DNA from: Mobula hypostoma
Lineage: Eukaryota
Assembly (NCBI RefSeq): GCF_963921235.1
Contig: NC_086097.1
Location: 85,376,001-85,440,000, forward strand
Direction: 5' to 3'
Length of the DNA stretch: 64,000 bases
This document shows, one piece after another, positions 27,405 through 41,275 of the stretch (within the stretch, counting starts at the first letter, position 1; the number at the start of each line of letters is the position of its first letter). The notes beneath the pieces are model-generated. The model saw nothing but the letters and a program-made list of their open reading frames with translations. It was not told where the DNA came from and made no database searches. The translations under genes were made by a program, and so were the position numbers.

Positions 27405-27740
27405 TCCAAGGATCGTCACCTTGTCATGGCGCAGAAGCTTGTGAGCTCCTGATATCCCAAGAGTGATGCCGCCTGGAGTTTAGCCGTCTGGCGCTTAGCT
27501 GCAGGTAGGGTCACCCATGATGGTAAGGTCAAGAGGAAGACCAGGCAAAGAGTGATCCAACCAAGACCTTCATAGTAGAGCTGCCAAAAGATGATGACAC
27601 ATCACAAAGGCAGTTGTTTTGCATTGCATGCCACAGGACCCTGACCCCGATTGTTCAGGACTGTGTGGCAGTTGTCCATGCATCAGCTTCTCCATGTTAA
27701 TCCAAGTCATGCATGGTCATTCTCCACTAAGGGAATACAG
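27405..27740 (+). mobile_element. RTE (Expander/BovB-like) 5'UTR-derived short element
   Basis: caccttgtcatggc..gcttgtg..ggtagggtcacccatg..aaggtc motif recalled from RTE 5' ends; no coding part. Confidence 0.5.
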
Positions 27741-29594
27741 CCACCTGAACACCCACCAGTCGACACCTGGTGAGGAGAACATCAGACTTAACTTGAGCGA
27801 TCGCACCTCCACTACTGCTTACACTTTTTTTGAATTTCTGTATTCCCCAGCTGCCACTTAAGTTCCTGTGCTGGATCAGTAGTTCAGGGCTCCAGCTGCC
27901 AGTCCAGTAAGCACGATCACCTACAGTACTGCATCCCAACAGCTTAACGACTATTGTGTTCAAATCGGCCCTTTCTTTTGCAGGCAGAGTCTGCTTGCCT
28001 TTTAAGTGGCGTCAGAAATGCCCCAACCCACCAGGTGATCTTGCGCAGTCCAGTTAAGTATTACCATGACTCAGAACTTTACTAAAATGTCTGAGGGGCA
28101 TCAAAGGTTGGAGCAGAGTGAAAAGACAAAGCATATGTTCCATACACTGTGTGATGTAATTTCTGTGTTGAATTCATAGGTGACAATCCAGAAATCTAAA
28201 CATTATTACTCTGAATAGGGATCATATTCACAGTGCTGAACACCAGTATCAGATAACGTTGCCACCTCTATTTGCTTTGAAGGGTTCAATTCCTCAGCTG
28301 CTTTGCTGCTGAAGGGTCTCTTTTCTGAACCAATTGTACTGGCTGCTAAGAAATGCATCAGGGTCTGTCAAGAGTCCTGTTGGCTCAGCCGTGTGCTCCA
28401 GTGTAAAATGAGAAGCAGACTTTTGCAATTCCAACAGCTGGTAACAACAGAGCAATAAAAATAGGACAGATGATGGTTATTTCGTCAATTCTGTCATATC
28501 CAATGTGAGCTAGTATTAGCTGTTGGCAGAATGAGAGGACATTGACATTATCAAAATGACAATGGATAGATGTTGATGTAAATGGAGGAGAGCTCAGAAC
28601 GAATGCCAAGAGTAAATGGCTACTCATTTTTTATTGAAAGGTGTATAGATTTGCTAATATAGGCCGTCCCTCAGTAATAAACAAGTTCTGTTTATTAAAC
28701 AGATATCCTTAAGTTGATTTTGTTCATAAATCGGAAAATACAGAGAAATCACGTGATGCAGTCACCATACCTCTACAATGTAATAAATGGCATCAAGTAC
28801 ACGTAAGACTGATAAAAGAACAACAACTAAATATTGAGAATAAGAGCAGAAACTGGTTCTGCTATTCATTAGAACAAAGAAAGAAGTTGGACTTTGGAAT
28901 TTAATAATAATAATAATGATATGGGAGTCCACTCATATGCTGGCGGTGTCCATAAATTGTAAAGAAAGCTTTTAGCACGTTGGCCCACATAAATCAAGGC
29001 ACTGAATACAAGAGTTGGGACATTTTCTTGAAGTGGTACAAAATGTTGGTAAGGCTGATATTAGTGTATTGTGTACAGTTCTGGTCACCCACCTACAGGA
29101 AAGATATCAATATGTTTTAAAGAGGGCTCCACGATACTGTAGCGGTCAGTGGGGCGCTAACAGAGTTGGGGGCACTGGAGGTCAGAGTTCAATTCTGACG
29201 CTATCTGTAAGGAGTTTGTACATTCCTCCCCGTAACCACATGGGTTTCTACCAAATGCTCCGGTTTCTTCCAGAGACATACTGGTTAGTAGGTTAATTGG
29301 CTGTTGTAAATTGTCCAGTGATTAGGCTTGGGTTGCTGGGCAGTGCGGCTTGTGGGGCAGGAATGTCTGTTCCACACTGTATCTCTAAATAACATAAATA
29401 ATGCAGTGAAAATGTACGAGGATGTTCCCGGAATATGAGGACCAGAGTCACAGGGAAAAGGTGAACAGATTAATACTTTATTCCCTGCAGCACAGGAAAA
29501 TGGGGGAGGTGAGGATTTATAAAGGTACAGTATTCAAAATTACAAGGAGGTATAAATAGTGTAAATGCATGCCAGTTTTTTCCTCTTAGGTTGG

Positions 29595-29969
29595 TTTATT
29601 CTAATTGTCAGACGTCACTTTGTCGTGATTGGTTAGTTTAGAAACTGCAGCAGCTTTCCCCATTGGTTAGCTGCCTGGTGTCAAGTTTCAAATATCCTGG
29701 GCATACAGAGAGCATGTGTAGGGGATTGTTTAAGGCAAGCACTGCACGTGACCGTTGGAAAGATTTGCTCTGGGCATGCTTTTAACTAAGTATCTTTGCT
29801 GAATGTACTGTATGTCAATTGAATGTTCAGCTTAGTAGCTTCTGTAACTTGGGGAACATGAATGTTCCGTTGAATTTTTGCTGTTTGTAAATAAGTGATT
29901 AATATACTAATTCACAGTCAGCGTCTTCTGTCTCACTTGCTAGACCTGTGAACCTGATTCAACATCACA
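29595..29969. mobile_element. Probable solo LTR inserted in a CR1 fragment (~28960-30330)
   Basis: Flanked by GTTGG at 29590-29594 and 29970-29974; ends ...CATCACA; two ATTGG (CCAAT) boxes; the CR1 sequence resumes after it; 5' TG not intact. Confidence 0.5.
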
Positions 29970-30749
29970 GTTGGGTAAAATGACAACGAGAGGTGTTAGG
30001 CTTATGGTGAAACATAAAATTTAAGGAGAAACTGAGGGGAAATGAGTGTAGATCGAGCTGCCAGCAGAAATGGTAACTGTGGGTTCGAGAAAAATTTGAA
30101 CAGGTACATGGATGGGAAGGGTTTGGAGGAATATGGTCCAGGTGCAGAAGATCAGGTTGGCATTGACAAAATTGGCTGAGGGGTCTGCGTCTGTGCTCTA
30201 GTACTTTATAAGTGTAAGGGAGGCATAGATAGACAACGTATCTTTTTCTCAGGGTTGAAATGTATAATACAAGACATGTATTTAAGGTGATGGGGGGTAA
30301 TTTCAAAGGAGATGTAAGGGACATATTTATTATTTACTTTGTGGTCATTTCTTACTTATATAATTGGTTTGGAAAACCTTTGCAAGCTGAAAGGCCTGTT
30401 TCTGGCTGTGTTCTTCTATGCTGGCTTTCAGATCAATCCTATCACACATTTCCCTACAATCACGTTCATTAGCTCCCCTCTGATTCTACCACAACTCCCC
30501 CTGCACCAAGGGCAATTAAAGGAGCTAATTAACTTTTCAATTAGCACTTCTCTGTGATGGTGCAAGAAACCAGAGCACCTAGGGGGAATTCACTTGCTCA
30601 GGGAGAACCCACAGCCTCCGGCTGGAGGCCAGGCTTGAACCTACGTCAGTGAGCATTTGAGAAGCAGCACTCGCTGCTGTTCCCTATCCACTGAGAGAGT
30701 TCCTGCGCCCCAAGAGGGAGCAGAATTCCTTTCTCTCTTTCTTTTCCCT

Positions 30750-31655
30750 ATACAAGTTTGCTGATGACACCACTGTTGTGGGCTGTATCAAAGGGGGTGA
30801 TGATTCAGAATACAGGAGGGAGATTGAAAACTTGGGCTGAGTAGCATAACAGCAACAACCTCTCAATGTCAATAAGACTGCGGAACTGATTATAAACTTC
30901 AGGAGAGGGAAACCAGAAGTCCATGAGTCAGGAATCAACAGAGGATCAGAGATGGAGAGGGTCAGTAACTTTAAATTTCTGGATGTCACTCTCTCAGAGG
31001 ATGGGTCCTGGACCCATCACATAAATATAATTGCAAAGAAAGCAGAACAGTGCCTCTACTTCCTCAGGAGTCTGTGGAGGTTCGGCATGTCATCGAAACC
31101 TTGGCAAACTTCTATAGCTGTCTGGTGGAAAGTATGCTGACTGGCTACATTATGTCCTGGTATGGGAACGCCAATGCCTTTGAGTGGAAAATCCTACAGA
31201 AGGTGGTGGATTCAGCCCAGTACATCAAGAGTAAAACCCTCTCAACCATTGAGCACATCTACGTAAAATGTTGCTGTGGAAAAGCAGCATCCAACATCAA
31301 AGGCCCTAACTGCCCAGGCCATGCTCCTTTCTCACTGCTGCCATCAGGGAGAAGATACAAGTACCTCAGGACTCACACCAGCAGGATCAAGAACAGTTAC
31401 TACCCCTCAACCATAAGGCTCTTGAACAGAAGGGGATACATACACTCATTTAAGGACTCTGTTATATTGCTATTTCATGCTCATCATTTATTGCTATTTA
31501 TTTATATCTGTATTTGTAGTTTGTTTACAGTTAACAGCCTTTGACGTTACAGTTTACAGTTACTGTTCTATCTAAGTTTGCCTGCAGAAAAAGAAGTTCA
31601 GGGTTGTATGCGGTGACATATATGTACTCTGATAAGAAACTTTACTTTGAACTTT
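30750..31655 (+). mobile_element. Rex/Babar RT/3' fragment
   Basis: KFADDTTVVG, ERVSNFKFL, ORF 31050-31544; (ACTTTG)-type tail. Confidence 0.85.
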
Positions 31656-33124
31656 GAAGTTTTCCCTGTGGACCTCAATTGCCAATGGAGAAAGAAGAAA
31701 ATTTGTGTCTGAGTTTCTACTGAGTCGGAAAGTGACTAGAACTATAGGTCATGGGTTAAGGGTGAAAGGTAAAATGTTTAAGGGGAACACGAGGGAGAAC
31801 TTCCTCACTCAGAGAGTGGTGAGAGTGTGGAACGAATTGCCAGAAGCAGTGAAAATAAGTTTGATTTCAACATTTAAGAGAAATTTGGATGGGTGCATGG
31901 ATTGGAGGGATATGGAGGGCTATGATCTGCATGCAGGATAATGGGACTAGGCTGAGTTTGTTGCCCATCAATGACTAGATGGACCAAATGGCCTGTTTCT
32001 GTGCTGCAGTGTTCTATGACTATGATTCTGAGAAGAGGAGTTGAGGCCAGAATAGATCAAACATAATCACAACAAACAGTGGGGCAACCTGGAGGAGTTC
32101 AGTGGCCTATACCTGCACCTATCTTCTACTGTTCTTGTGTTGTGGTCCACAGTCACCTGTTGTGGCTTCTCCAAAGGCAATTAAGTTTTTACAACAATCC
32201 ACCAGTTTCATAACTGTAATTACCTAGAGTATCGTTTTTAAATATCTATCTAGGTTGGATTTACGCTCCTAGTTCTAGATCAGTGTCCACAGTGCACCAG
32301 CTGCCCTCCAGTAATATAGCTACTGTGGGGACACATGGCACAGCCTAATGATTGCTGCATTAATAAATATCCCCTTCCTCCTGCAGGTAGTGTGTTTCAG
32401 TCAAATCTACCAGCAACAATACCCGCTGTGTTACAGTGTCACACCTTCCTCGAGCCTGTCCACTGTTCAACTTGTGATACATACGAACACGGCCAAGAGC
32501 GCACTGAGATGGGAATGGAGTGAAGGAATACTAGATCAGAGCAGGATGAGGGCGAGAGCTGAACTCTGACAGATATGGATTAACAAAGAAAGGAAACCAT
32601 TGCTGAAGGCAGTTGACATTTGGGTGATGGATTTTTCTGGCATTTAAACGAATGGAAGAATTGTACACTCTCCTGCAGCTGGCTTCAATTCACCATTAAC
32701 ATTGTCCTCAGGTTCTGTAACATTTCAGATCTTCACCAAATATTAAATGAGGAAAGGACTTATTTCCCAGTGGGATTTGTCAGCAGGACATAAGAAAGAA
32801 TGAAAGGTGATACGAAGCACCAAGAGACGGTTCTGTCCACTACCACACTCTATCCTTGACAACATGGCAATTCTTCTTTGAAATTAAATTTGTTATCACG
32901 CTTTATCTATTTTCTTGCACAGCTCATCAGTTTTCACACACACACCCTGTCAAGAGCATTCCCTCACTTTCCTTCGTTCTTTTCCACAGGGCTCAGCTTA
33001 TAATTGTGTTGTGTCAGAAGCAGGAGCTTCTTCCATTTACCAGCAGCCTCGCTGATCACTGCATTGCCATTTGTCGAAGCCAAGTCAGCACAGGCACACA
33101 GAACAGGAATCCAGATCATGCTAG

Positions 33125-33310
33125 CACAATGCACACCAAATGCTGGAGGAACTCAGCAGGGCAGGCAGCGTCTACGGAAATGAGTAAACAGTCGACATTT
33201 TGAGCTGAGACCCTTCTTCAGGACTGAGAAGGAGGGGGAAAACGCCAGAATAAAAAGATGCGGGGTGGGTAAGGAGGCTAGCTGGAAGGTGGTAGGGGAA
33301 ATAAGGTGGC
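33125..33310 (-). mobile_element. Penelope-like terminal repeat with degenerate hammerhead
   Basis: Minus 33226-33189 reads cagtc CTGAAGA agggtctcagctc AAAA tgtc gactg; same family as 52645-52737. Confidence 0.7.
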
Positions 33311-33431
33311 TGTCATGCTACCAGCAGTCTTAATGCTCTCATTATATTACCTCACTTGACCAATGGGATGATTTGATCACTTCGTATTTCCCGCCCTGAC
33401 GATTCCACAGATGAAGCTCAGGTTGGAAATT

Positions 33432-36310
33432 ACATAGAAACATAGAAAATAGGTGCAGGAGTAGGCCATTCGGCCCTTCGAGCCTGCACCGCCATTTATT
33501 ATGATCATGGCTGATCATCCAACTCAGAACCCTGCACCAGCCTTCCCTCCATACCCCCTGATCCCCATAGCCACAAGGGCCATATCTAACTCCCTCTTAA
33601 ATACAGCCAATGAACTGGCCTCAACTGTTTCCTGTGGCAGAAATTTCCACAGATTCACCACTCTCTGTGTGAAGAAGTTTTTCCTAATCTCGGTCCTAAA
33701 AGGCTTCCCCTTTATCCTCAAACGGTGACCTCTCGTTCTGGACTTCCCCAACATCGGGAACAATCTTCCTGCATCTAGCCTGTCCAATCCCTTTAGGATT
33801 TTATACGTTTCAATTAGATCCCCCCTCAATCTTCTAAATTCCAACGAGTACAAGCCCAGTTCATCCAGTCTTTCTTCATATGAAAGTCCTGTCATCCCAG
33901 GAATCAATCTGGTGAACCTTCTTTGTACTCCTTCTATGGCAAGGATGTCTTTCCTCAGATTAGGGGACCAAAACTGCACACAATACTCCAGGTGTGGTCT
34001 CACCAAGGCCTTGTACAACTGCAGTAGTACCTCCCTGCTCCTGTACTCGAACCCTCTCGCTATAAATGCCAGCATACCATTCGCTTTTTTCACCGCCTGC
34101 TGTACCTGCATGCCCACTTTCAATGACTGGTGTATAATGACACCCAGGTCTTGTTGCACCTCCCCTTTTCCTAATCGGCCACCATTCAGATAATAATCTG
34201 TTTTCCTATTTTTGCCACCAAAGTGGATAACTTCACATTTATCCACATTAAATTGCATCTGCCATGAATTTGCCCACTCACCCAACCTATCCAAGTCACC
34301 CTGCATCCTCTTAGCATCCTCCTCACAGCTAACACTGCCGCCCAGCTTCGTGTCATCCGCAAACTTGGAGATGCTGCATTTAATTCCCTCATCCAAGTCA
34401 TTAATATATATTGTAAACAACTGGAGTCCCAGCACTGAGCCTTGCGGTACCCCACTAGTCACTGCCTGCCATTCTGAAAAGGTCCCGTTTATTCCCACTC
34501 TTTGCTTCCTGTCTGCTAACCAATTCTCTATCCACATCAATACCTTACCCCCAATACCGCGTGCTTTAAGTTTGCACACTAATCTCCTGTGTGGGACCTT
34601 GTCAAAAGCCTTTTGAAAATCCAAATATACCACATCCACTGGTTCTCCCCTATCCACTCTACTAGTTACATCCTCAAAAAATTCTATGAGATTCGTCAGA
34701 CATGATTTTCCTTTCACAAATCCATGCTGACTTTGTCCGATGATTTCACCGCTTTCCAAATGTGCTGTTATCACATCTTTGATAACTGACTCCAGCAGTT
34801 TCCCCACCACTGACGTTAGGCTAACCGGTCTATAATTCCCAGGTTTCTCTCTCCCTCCTTTTTTAAAAAGTGGGGTTACATTAGCCACCCTCCAATCCTC
34901 AGGAACTAGTCCAGAATCTAACGAGTTTTGAAAAATTATCACTAATGCATCCACTATTTCTTGGGCTACTTCCTTAAGCACTCTGGGATGCAGACCATCT
35001 GGCCCTGGGGATTTATCTGCCTTTAATCCCTTCAATTTACCCAACACCACTTCCCTACTAACATGTATTTCGCTCAGTTCCTCCATCTCACTGGACCCTC
35101 TGTCCCCTACCTTTCTGGAAGATTATTTATGTCCTCCTTAGTGAAGACAGAACCAAAGTAATTATTCAATTGGTCTGCCATGTCCTTGCTCCCCATAATC
35201 AATTCACCTGTTTCTGTTTGTAGGGGACCTACATTTGTCTTTACCAGTCTTTTCCTTTTTACATATCTATAAAAGCTTTTACAGTCAGTTTTTATGTTCC
35301 CTGCCAGTTTTCTCTCATAATCTTTTTTCCCCTTCCTAATTAAGCCCTTTGTCCTCCTCTGCTGAACTCTGAATTTCTCCCAGTCCTCAGGTGAGCAGCT
35401 TTTTCTGGCTAATTTGTATGCTTCTTCTTTGGAATTGATACTATCCCTAATTTCTCTTGTCAGCCACAGGTGCACTACCTTCCTTGATTTATTCTTTTGC
35501 CAAACTGGGATGAACAATTGTAGTTCATCCATGCAATTCTTAAATGCTTGCCATTGCATATCCACCGTCAATCCTTTAAGTGTCATTTGCCAGTCTATCT
35601 TAGCTAATTCACGTCTCATACCTTCAAAGTTACCCCTCTTTAAGTTCAGAACCTTTGTTTCTGAATTAACTATGTCACTCTCCATCTTAATGAAGAATTC
35701 CACCATATTATGGTCACTCTTACCCAAGGGGCCTCTCACGACAAGATTGCTAATTAACCCTTCCTCATTGCTCAAAACCCAGTCTAGAATAGCCTGCTCT
35801 CTAGTTGGTTCCTCGACATGTTGGTTCAAAAAACCATCCCGCATACATTCCAAGAAATCCTCTTCCTCAGCACCTTTACCAATTTGGTTCACCCAATCTA
35901 CATGTAGTTTGAAGTCACCCATTATAACTGCTGTTCCTTTATTGCACACATTTCTAATTTCCTGTTTAGTACCATCTCCGACCTCACTACTACTCTTAGG
36001 TGGCCTGTACACAACTCCTACCAGCGTTTTCTGCCCCTTAGTGTTATGCAGCTCTACCCATATCAATTCCACATCTTCCCGGCTTATGTCCTTCCTTTCT
36101 ATTGCGTTAATCTCATCTTTAACCAGCAACGCCACCCCACCTCCTTTTCTTTCATGTCTATCCCTCCTGCATATTGAATATCCCTGAACGTTGAGCTCCC
36201 ATCCTTGGTCACCCTGGAGCCATGTCTCTGTGATCCCAACTATGTCATAATCATTAATAGCTATCTGCACTTTCAATTCATCCACCTTGTTACAAATGCT
36301 CCTTGCATCC
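33432..36310 (-). mobile_element. Young CR1 LINE, ORF2 almost intact (EN 36310-35107, RT 35086-33524), 5'-truncated
   Basis: 410-aa and 520-aa ORFs (ETWL, DWVL, SDH; QHGF, DFQKAFD, PQGS, FADD) joined by one frameshift near 35110; (TTTCTATG)n tail. Confidence 0.97.
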
Positions 36311-37160
36311 CTTACATCTAGGCCTCTAGTCCATGCCACATGCTTGGGGATAAAAGTAGAACTCAGATGAGCTGCCTTTGGTGCTGCTTTGAGTTCAGCA
36401 ACATGGTGGATTTATTGTGGAACAAATAAAGGAGGTTTGTAGCTTGCCCAGGGGAGCAGATGGTATCAGCTTTAAAATCATGGCCAACGTGAGAGCAGTG
36501 TGTTTATTTAATACTATTATTTTAGTGTCTGTGATTTACTGTTCTTCCTCTTCCACCATTTACCACGAATTGTGTACTTGCTGATAAACCAGCTTGAAAG
36601 TTACAGTGATTCATAAGTCCTGCTGCTAGCTGTCCAGTACCCAAGGTCACGGTGATGAATATGCCCTGCTATTAACTGTTCCCTACACAGACTCGGTGCG
36701 CTGAGAGCCTCATGCTGTCACATGCCCACTCAGAGAGGAGTAAGACCACCCTTTTCTCACACTTCAATATGTCTTCCTCACAATAACTGGCTATTCAGAC
36801 ACAAAGAGATGTCCCTGCCACCATTGGAGATGATGGCTGACTCCTCCTCTCAACTGTCACTCCACACCATGTGATAGGCGCGCCTTGCTGCCAACTGCTC
36901 CCAACGCACTGTTGTAGGATGATCATGGACTCCTCTCACGTTCTGAGTGATGATGGTGCTCGGCTCTTGATAGACCCCCAACGAAACTTGAGAGCATGAG
37001 TTTAAGGAGAGAGGGGAAAGATTTAAAGGGGACCTGAGTGGCAGGTTTATAACACAGGTGGGTATATAGACCGGGCTGCCTGACAAGGTGGTAGAGGCAG
37101 GTACAATTATAACATTTAAAGAGTGTTTAGATAGATACATGGAAAGGCATGGTTTGGATG

Positions 37161-37241
37161 TAAGGGTTCCCAATCTGGGGTCCATAGACCCCTTACTTAA
37201 TGGTATTTGTCCATGGTATTAAAAAGGTGTTGGGAACCCTG
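37161..37241. mobile_element. Tiny hAT-type MITE (~80 bp) inside a CR1 3' fragment
   Basis: Inverted ends AGGGTTCCCAA / TTGGGAACCCT; imperfect flanking repeats GTTTGGAT / GTTTAGAG. Confidence 0.65.
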
Positions 37242-38602
37242 GTTTAGAGGGATGTGGACCGAATGAAGGATAATGGATTAGCTCAGTTAAACACCTCAGT
37301 CGGCCCGGATGAGTTCTGTTCTGTTCTGTGCTGTATAACTCTTTGACTCCAAATGTATTTTATTAACGTGATCATATTTATAATACCTTCCATTTCCAAC
37401 CAGAGCATTATCTATTACTAAACATTACATTATCAGTGAAGCATATTATTTTCTTCAATCATTTCAATAAATTTTAAGATTTCTTTCTAGAAACTGGCTG
37501 TCAATTATTCATGTTGCAGCAGCAAGCCAGATAATCTGATTGGATGCCTGACATTCTACAGCCATCAAGTGGGCAACTCACTGTCCAATGACAAACCTGA
37601 TGAACTCACAGGGAATTTTGGCAAATGGGTCACACTATGGCACTTGGCATTTATTGTCCAACAGGAGGCAATCATGTAACCAGCTCCTCTCACACTTCCT
37701 TTCTATCATACATGATTGGTGATGCCTCTAGTCTGTGTCTTTGTTGCAGTGATGTGTGACTACATATCTGTCTCTTCCAACCTGAAACCACTGCTGAGAA
37801 ACAATTCCCATATTGACTATTAGAAGACTGAATATGTTTTAAAATATTGCTTTAATTAGTGTTAAGCCTTTATTTATTAGGGGTTAGAAGAAAGAGTGAG
37901 GATCTCATGGAAACATACAGAATTCTGACTGGGTTCAAGAGGCTGGGTGAAGGGAAAATGTTCTGCCTCGCCTGGGGAAAGGGGATGTTATGGTCACAGG
38001 ATACAGGGTACAGCATTTAGAACTGAGGGTGGTGAGCCTGCAGAATTTTCTACCACAGGAGGCAGTACAATCATATCATTGAAGAAGAAGCTGGATAGAT
38101 TTCTAAACACAAAATATATCAAGGGATGTGGGGAAAGAGCAGAAATAGGGCAATGACTCAGCCACGACTACATAGAATGACAGAAAAGCCTAGAGAGGAC
38201 GGATGGTCTAATTACATTCCTATTTCTGATGTTCTGATATTTTTGGTTTTATTTTAAAATTCTAAATTCAGTCCCAGTTTTCATTGAATTAATTGGCCAG
38301 GATATCCTGCTTAGTTGGCTGGGAAACACCATGGACCGATACAATTAATTGCCCAAAATACCAGCCAAAAAAGTATGGGTACAGGTGGAAGACACTTACA
38401 TAGGCACATAAAGTTTACAAAATTCACTGAAATTATTGGGATCTCCATACAGATCTTGGACCAGTTGCCCAATCTGAGTAGCACGTTTTGTTCGGAAACA
38501 CCAGAAAGATTAGGCTCCACCAGTCCAGAAGCACATCAGAATCAGGTTTATTGCACTGATATATGTTGCGCAGTGTGTTGTTTTGTGGCAGAAGTATAGA
38601 GC

Positions 38603-38918
38603 GCGTGGCGCATGTATTGGCGTGTGGCCAAGAGATTAAGGCGTTTGTCTAGTGATCTGAAGGTCGTGAGTTCGTGCCTTGGCTGAGGCAGTGTGTGTGT
38701 CCTTGAGAAAGGCACTTAACCACACATTGCTCTGTGACGACACTGGTGCCAAACTGTATGGGTCCTAATGCCCTTCCCTTGGACGACATTGGTGGCGTGG
38801 AGAGGGGAGACTTGCAGCATGGGTAACTGCTGGTTTTCCATACAACCTTGCCCAGGCCTGTGCCCTGGAAACCTTTCAAGGTGCAAATGCATGGTCTCAA
38901 GAGACTAACGGATGCCTA
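38603..38918 (+). mobile_element. tRNA-derived SINE with CORE-like middle and RTE-derived 3' part
   Basis: A-box-like TGGCCAAG at 38625, B-box GAGTTCGTGCC at 38668-38678, gtgtccttgag.aaggcacttaac core; 8-bp TSD TATAGAGC at 38595-38602 and 38919-38926; sits in a minus-strand Rex 3' end (~38535-39300). Confidence 0.85.
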
Positions 38919-40574
38919 TATAGAGCAAGACATAAAAAAAACTATAATTTACAATAAATAAAAGAACTGTGCAAAAGCAGGGTAATGAAATAGGGCTCAG
39001 GGGTTCATGGAGCATTCAGAAATCTGATGGCAGAAGGAATAAACTCTTCCTACAGTGCTGGGTGTGGGTCCTCAGGCTCCTGTACCTCCTCCCTGATGGT
39101 AGTAAGAGAAGACAGCATGCTCTGGATGGTGAGGCTCCTCAATGATGAATGCTGCCTTCTTGAGACACCACACCTGCTGTGGATGCCCTTGGTTGTGGGA
39201 AGCTTGGGCCCAGCCATGGGACTACATGCCTCAGCAGCACTTGATCCTGTGCATTGGAGGCTCCATAGCAGGCGACGCAACCACCATGGTTACACCTCAT
39301 GTTTACATAAGCAATGACACCTGTCACTCAGCAAGGCTGACCTTTGCAGGGTGAATGGCATTTCCCTTTCGAATCGTTGTCACTGCCAGCACTAGTAATA
39401 TAAATTAGATAATACAGTAAATCACATCCTTTTAAACACTGTTTACTTACTAATGAGAAGCCAGGAGTATCAGTAAAAGCACAGCTTTATTCTTCTGGGA
39501 TTTCCATAACAGAATCTTGGCTGCAGACAGTTTATTGTAGTGATGATTGCCTCTGATGTCTGCCTTGATTGGCAGAGCTAAACACACTACATGGCGAGGT
39601 GGCAAGTTGTTACCTGTCTCCAAAATTCAGCAGCATAGTGAAATTCAGTTTCCCTACACTTGTGCAAATATTTCATAAGAGAAAGTAAAGAGCAACTCCT
39701 GTGAGACACCCTCTTCTTACAACTGGCATTAAGGAAAGAGGGTTCGATCCACATTGCACGCATGATCTCCCGACAAGATAACAACGCAGGGGTTTCTGTC
39801 TTTGGGTCCACATAATACAAGCAGAGTAGGGATGGGAGTACAAGTTAATAAAACAGAACCAGTCAGTCTTTCCCTGTTCTAAATGCAGAGGTGAGACGTG
39901 GGGACAGGAGTGTGAAGATGGAATGCAGGAGGAAAATCCAATTACCTCAAATGTGAGTTAGGTGCACTGGGCCAGGCGTAACTTGAATCACAAACTATGA
40001 AGGCTGGGTAATAGGAAGCAATAGGGCACGTTCACTTTAATGTATTCTCGGCTTCTGAATAACAATTCATGCTTTAGTCACCACGGCCATGATTGAGTGA
40101 CAATATCCATCATGGGTCTGGGTGACAGGAAGTTGAGGGCTCTGCCAGGGCTGACTGCCTGCCCGTCTTCCGAGGATGCATTAGTGCCTGGCTTTCAATG
40201 GAGAGGGAGTATGCGGTCACAATGGGGCATTTCCAGTAGCAGAGGGCCCCCCCAGGAAATTAACTGTTTTATAGACAGTCGTAATCATATTTTAATTTTG
40301 AATCTATTCTCTGTCTTGAAAATACTGAATGTTTGTACTTTGTGTATATGTTGTGTAAATAAACTTGAATAGTTTTGTAAAAAAAAAAGGAGCAGAATGA
40401 TTTCTTTCACCAATTGGGGGCCCTTCCCACAGAGAACCAGGTTGCACCACCTCCTGCTGAGAAGATGCACAAAGATTATGGCTCACAGGTAAGCAAAATG
40501 TGATCGTTTTGTTGTCGCAAACAACAAAACCATTCCCTTTCAAGAAACAGTTAAAGCAGGCATGTAAACTGAGT

Positions 40575-41275
40575 TACACACAGAGGAGCTGAAGGAACAC
40601 ATTGGGCCAGGCAACATCTAGGGAGGGAAATGGCCAGTTGACATTTTGGGTCGAGACACGTCATCAGGCTTGGAAAGGAAGAGGGGACGTAGCCAGTATA
40701 AAAAGGTGGGGGAAAGGAGTGGAGCAGGAGCTCGTGGGTGATAGGTGGATCTTGGTCAGGGGAGGGCGAGAATGGGAATTATGCAAGAAGCTGGGAGGTG
40801 TTTGGGGAAATGACAAACAGCTGAGTAAGATAGAATTTGTTGGCGAGGACAGTGGAACATGGAATAAAGGGATGTAAGTGAGGATTCCAATCGGAGGAAT
40901 GTGTGTGTGATGGGCAGATTGAGAGAACGAGTCAGGGTAAGGAAATGGGGTGATGGGGGTCAGTGGACTGGTTACCAGATGTTTGAGGAGTCAAAATTCA
41001 TGCCTTTAGATGGAGAATACCAAGGCAGAATGTGAGGTACCGTTCCTCTAATCTATGCCTAGCATCAACTCAGCAGCAGAGGAGGTTGTGGGCAGACATG
41101 TCGGTGTAAGAACGGGAAGTGGAGTTTCAAAAGGTGGTGCGGTGGATGGAGTGAAGATGCTTGATGTGTCAGGTGTGGAGGAGGCAGCACCAGGAGTACT
41201 GAATGCATCAAGTGACACTGAAAGACTCAGATGTGAAGAACTGCCTCCCCTGGCAGTACGGTTTGAATGGAGGAG
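40575..41275 (-). mobile_element. Penelope-like element remnant (GIY-YIG region plus terminal repeat)
   Basis: Minus peptide FTSESFSVT*CIQYSWCCLLH resembles Penelope FTC.S..VIYCI.CS.CGLLYIGET; degenerate hammerhead CTGATGA..AAAA at 40670-40635. Confidence 0.6.

Noticed and set aside
35414..36187. 257-aa plus-strand ORF (also 34212-34616 and 20878-21459)
   Set aside because: Antisense shadows of LINE ORF2 sequences
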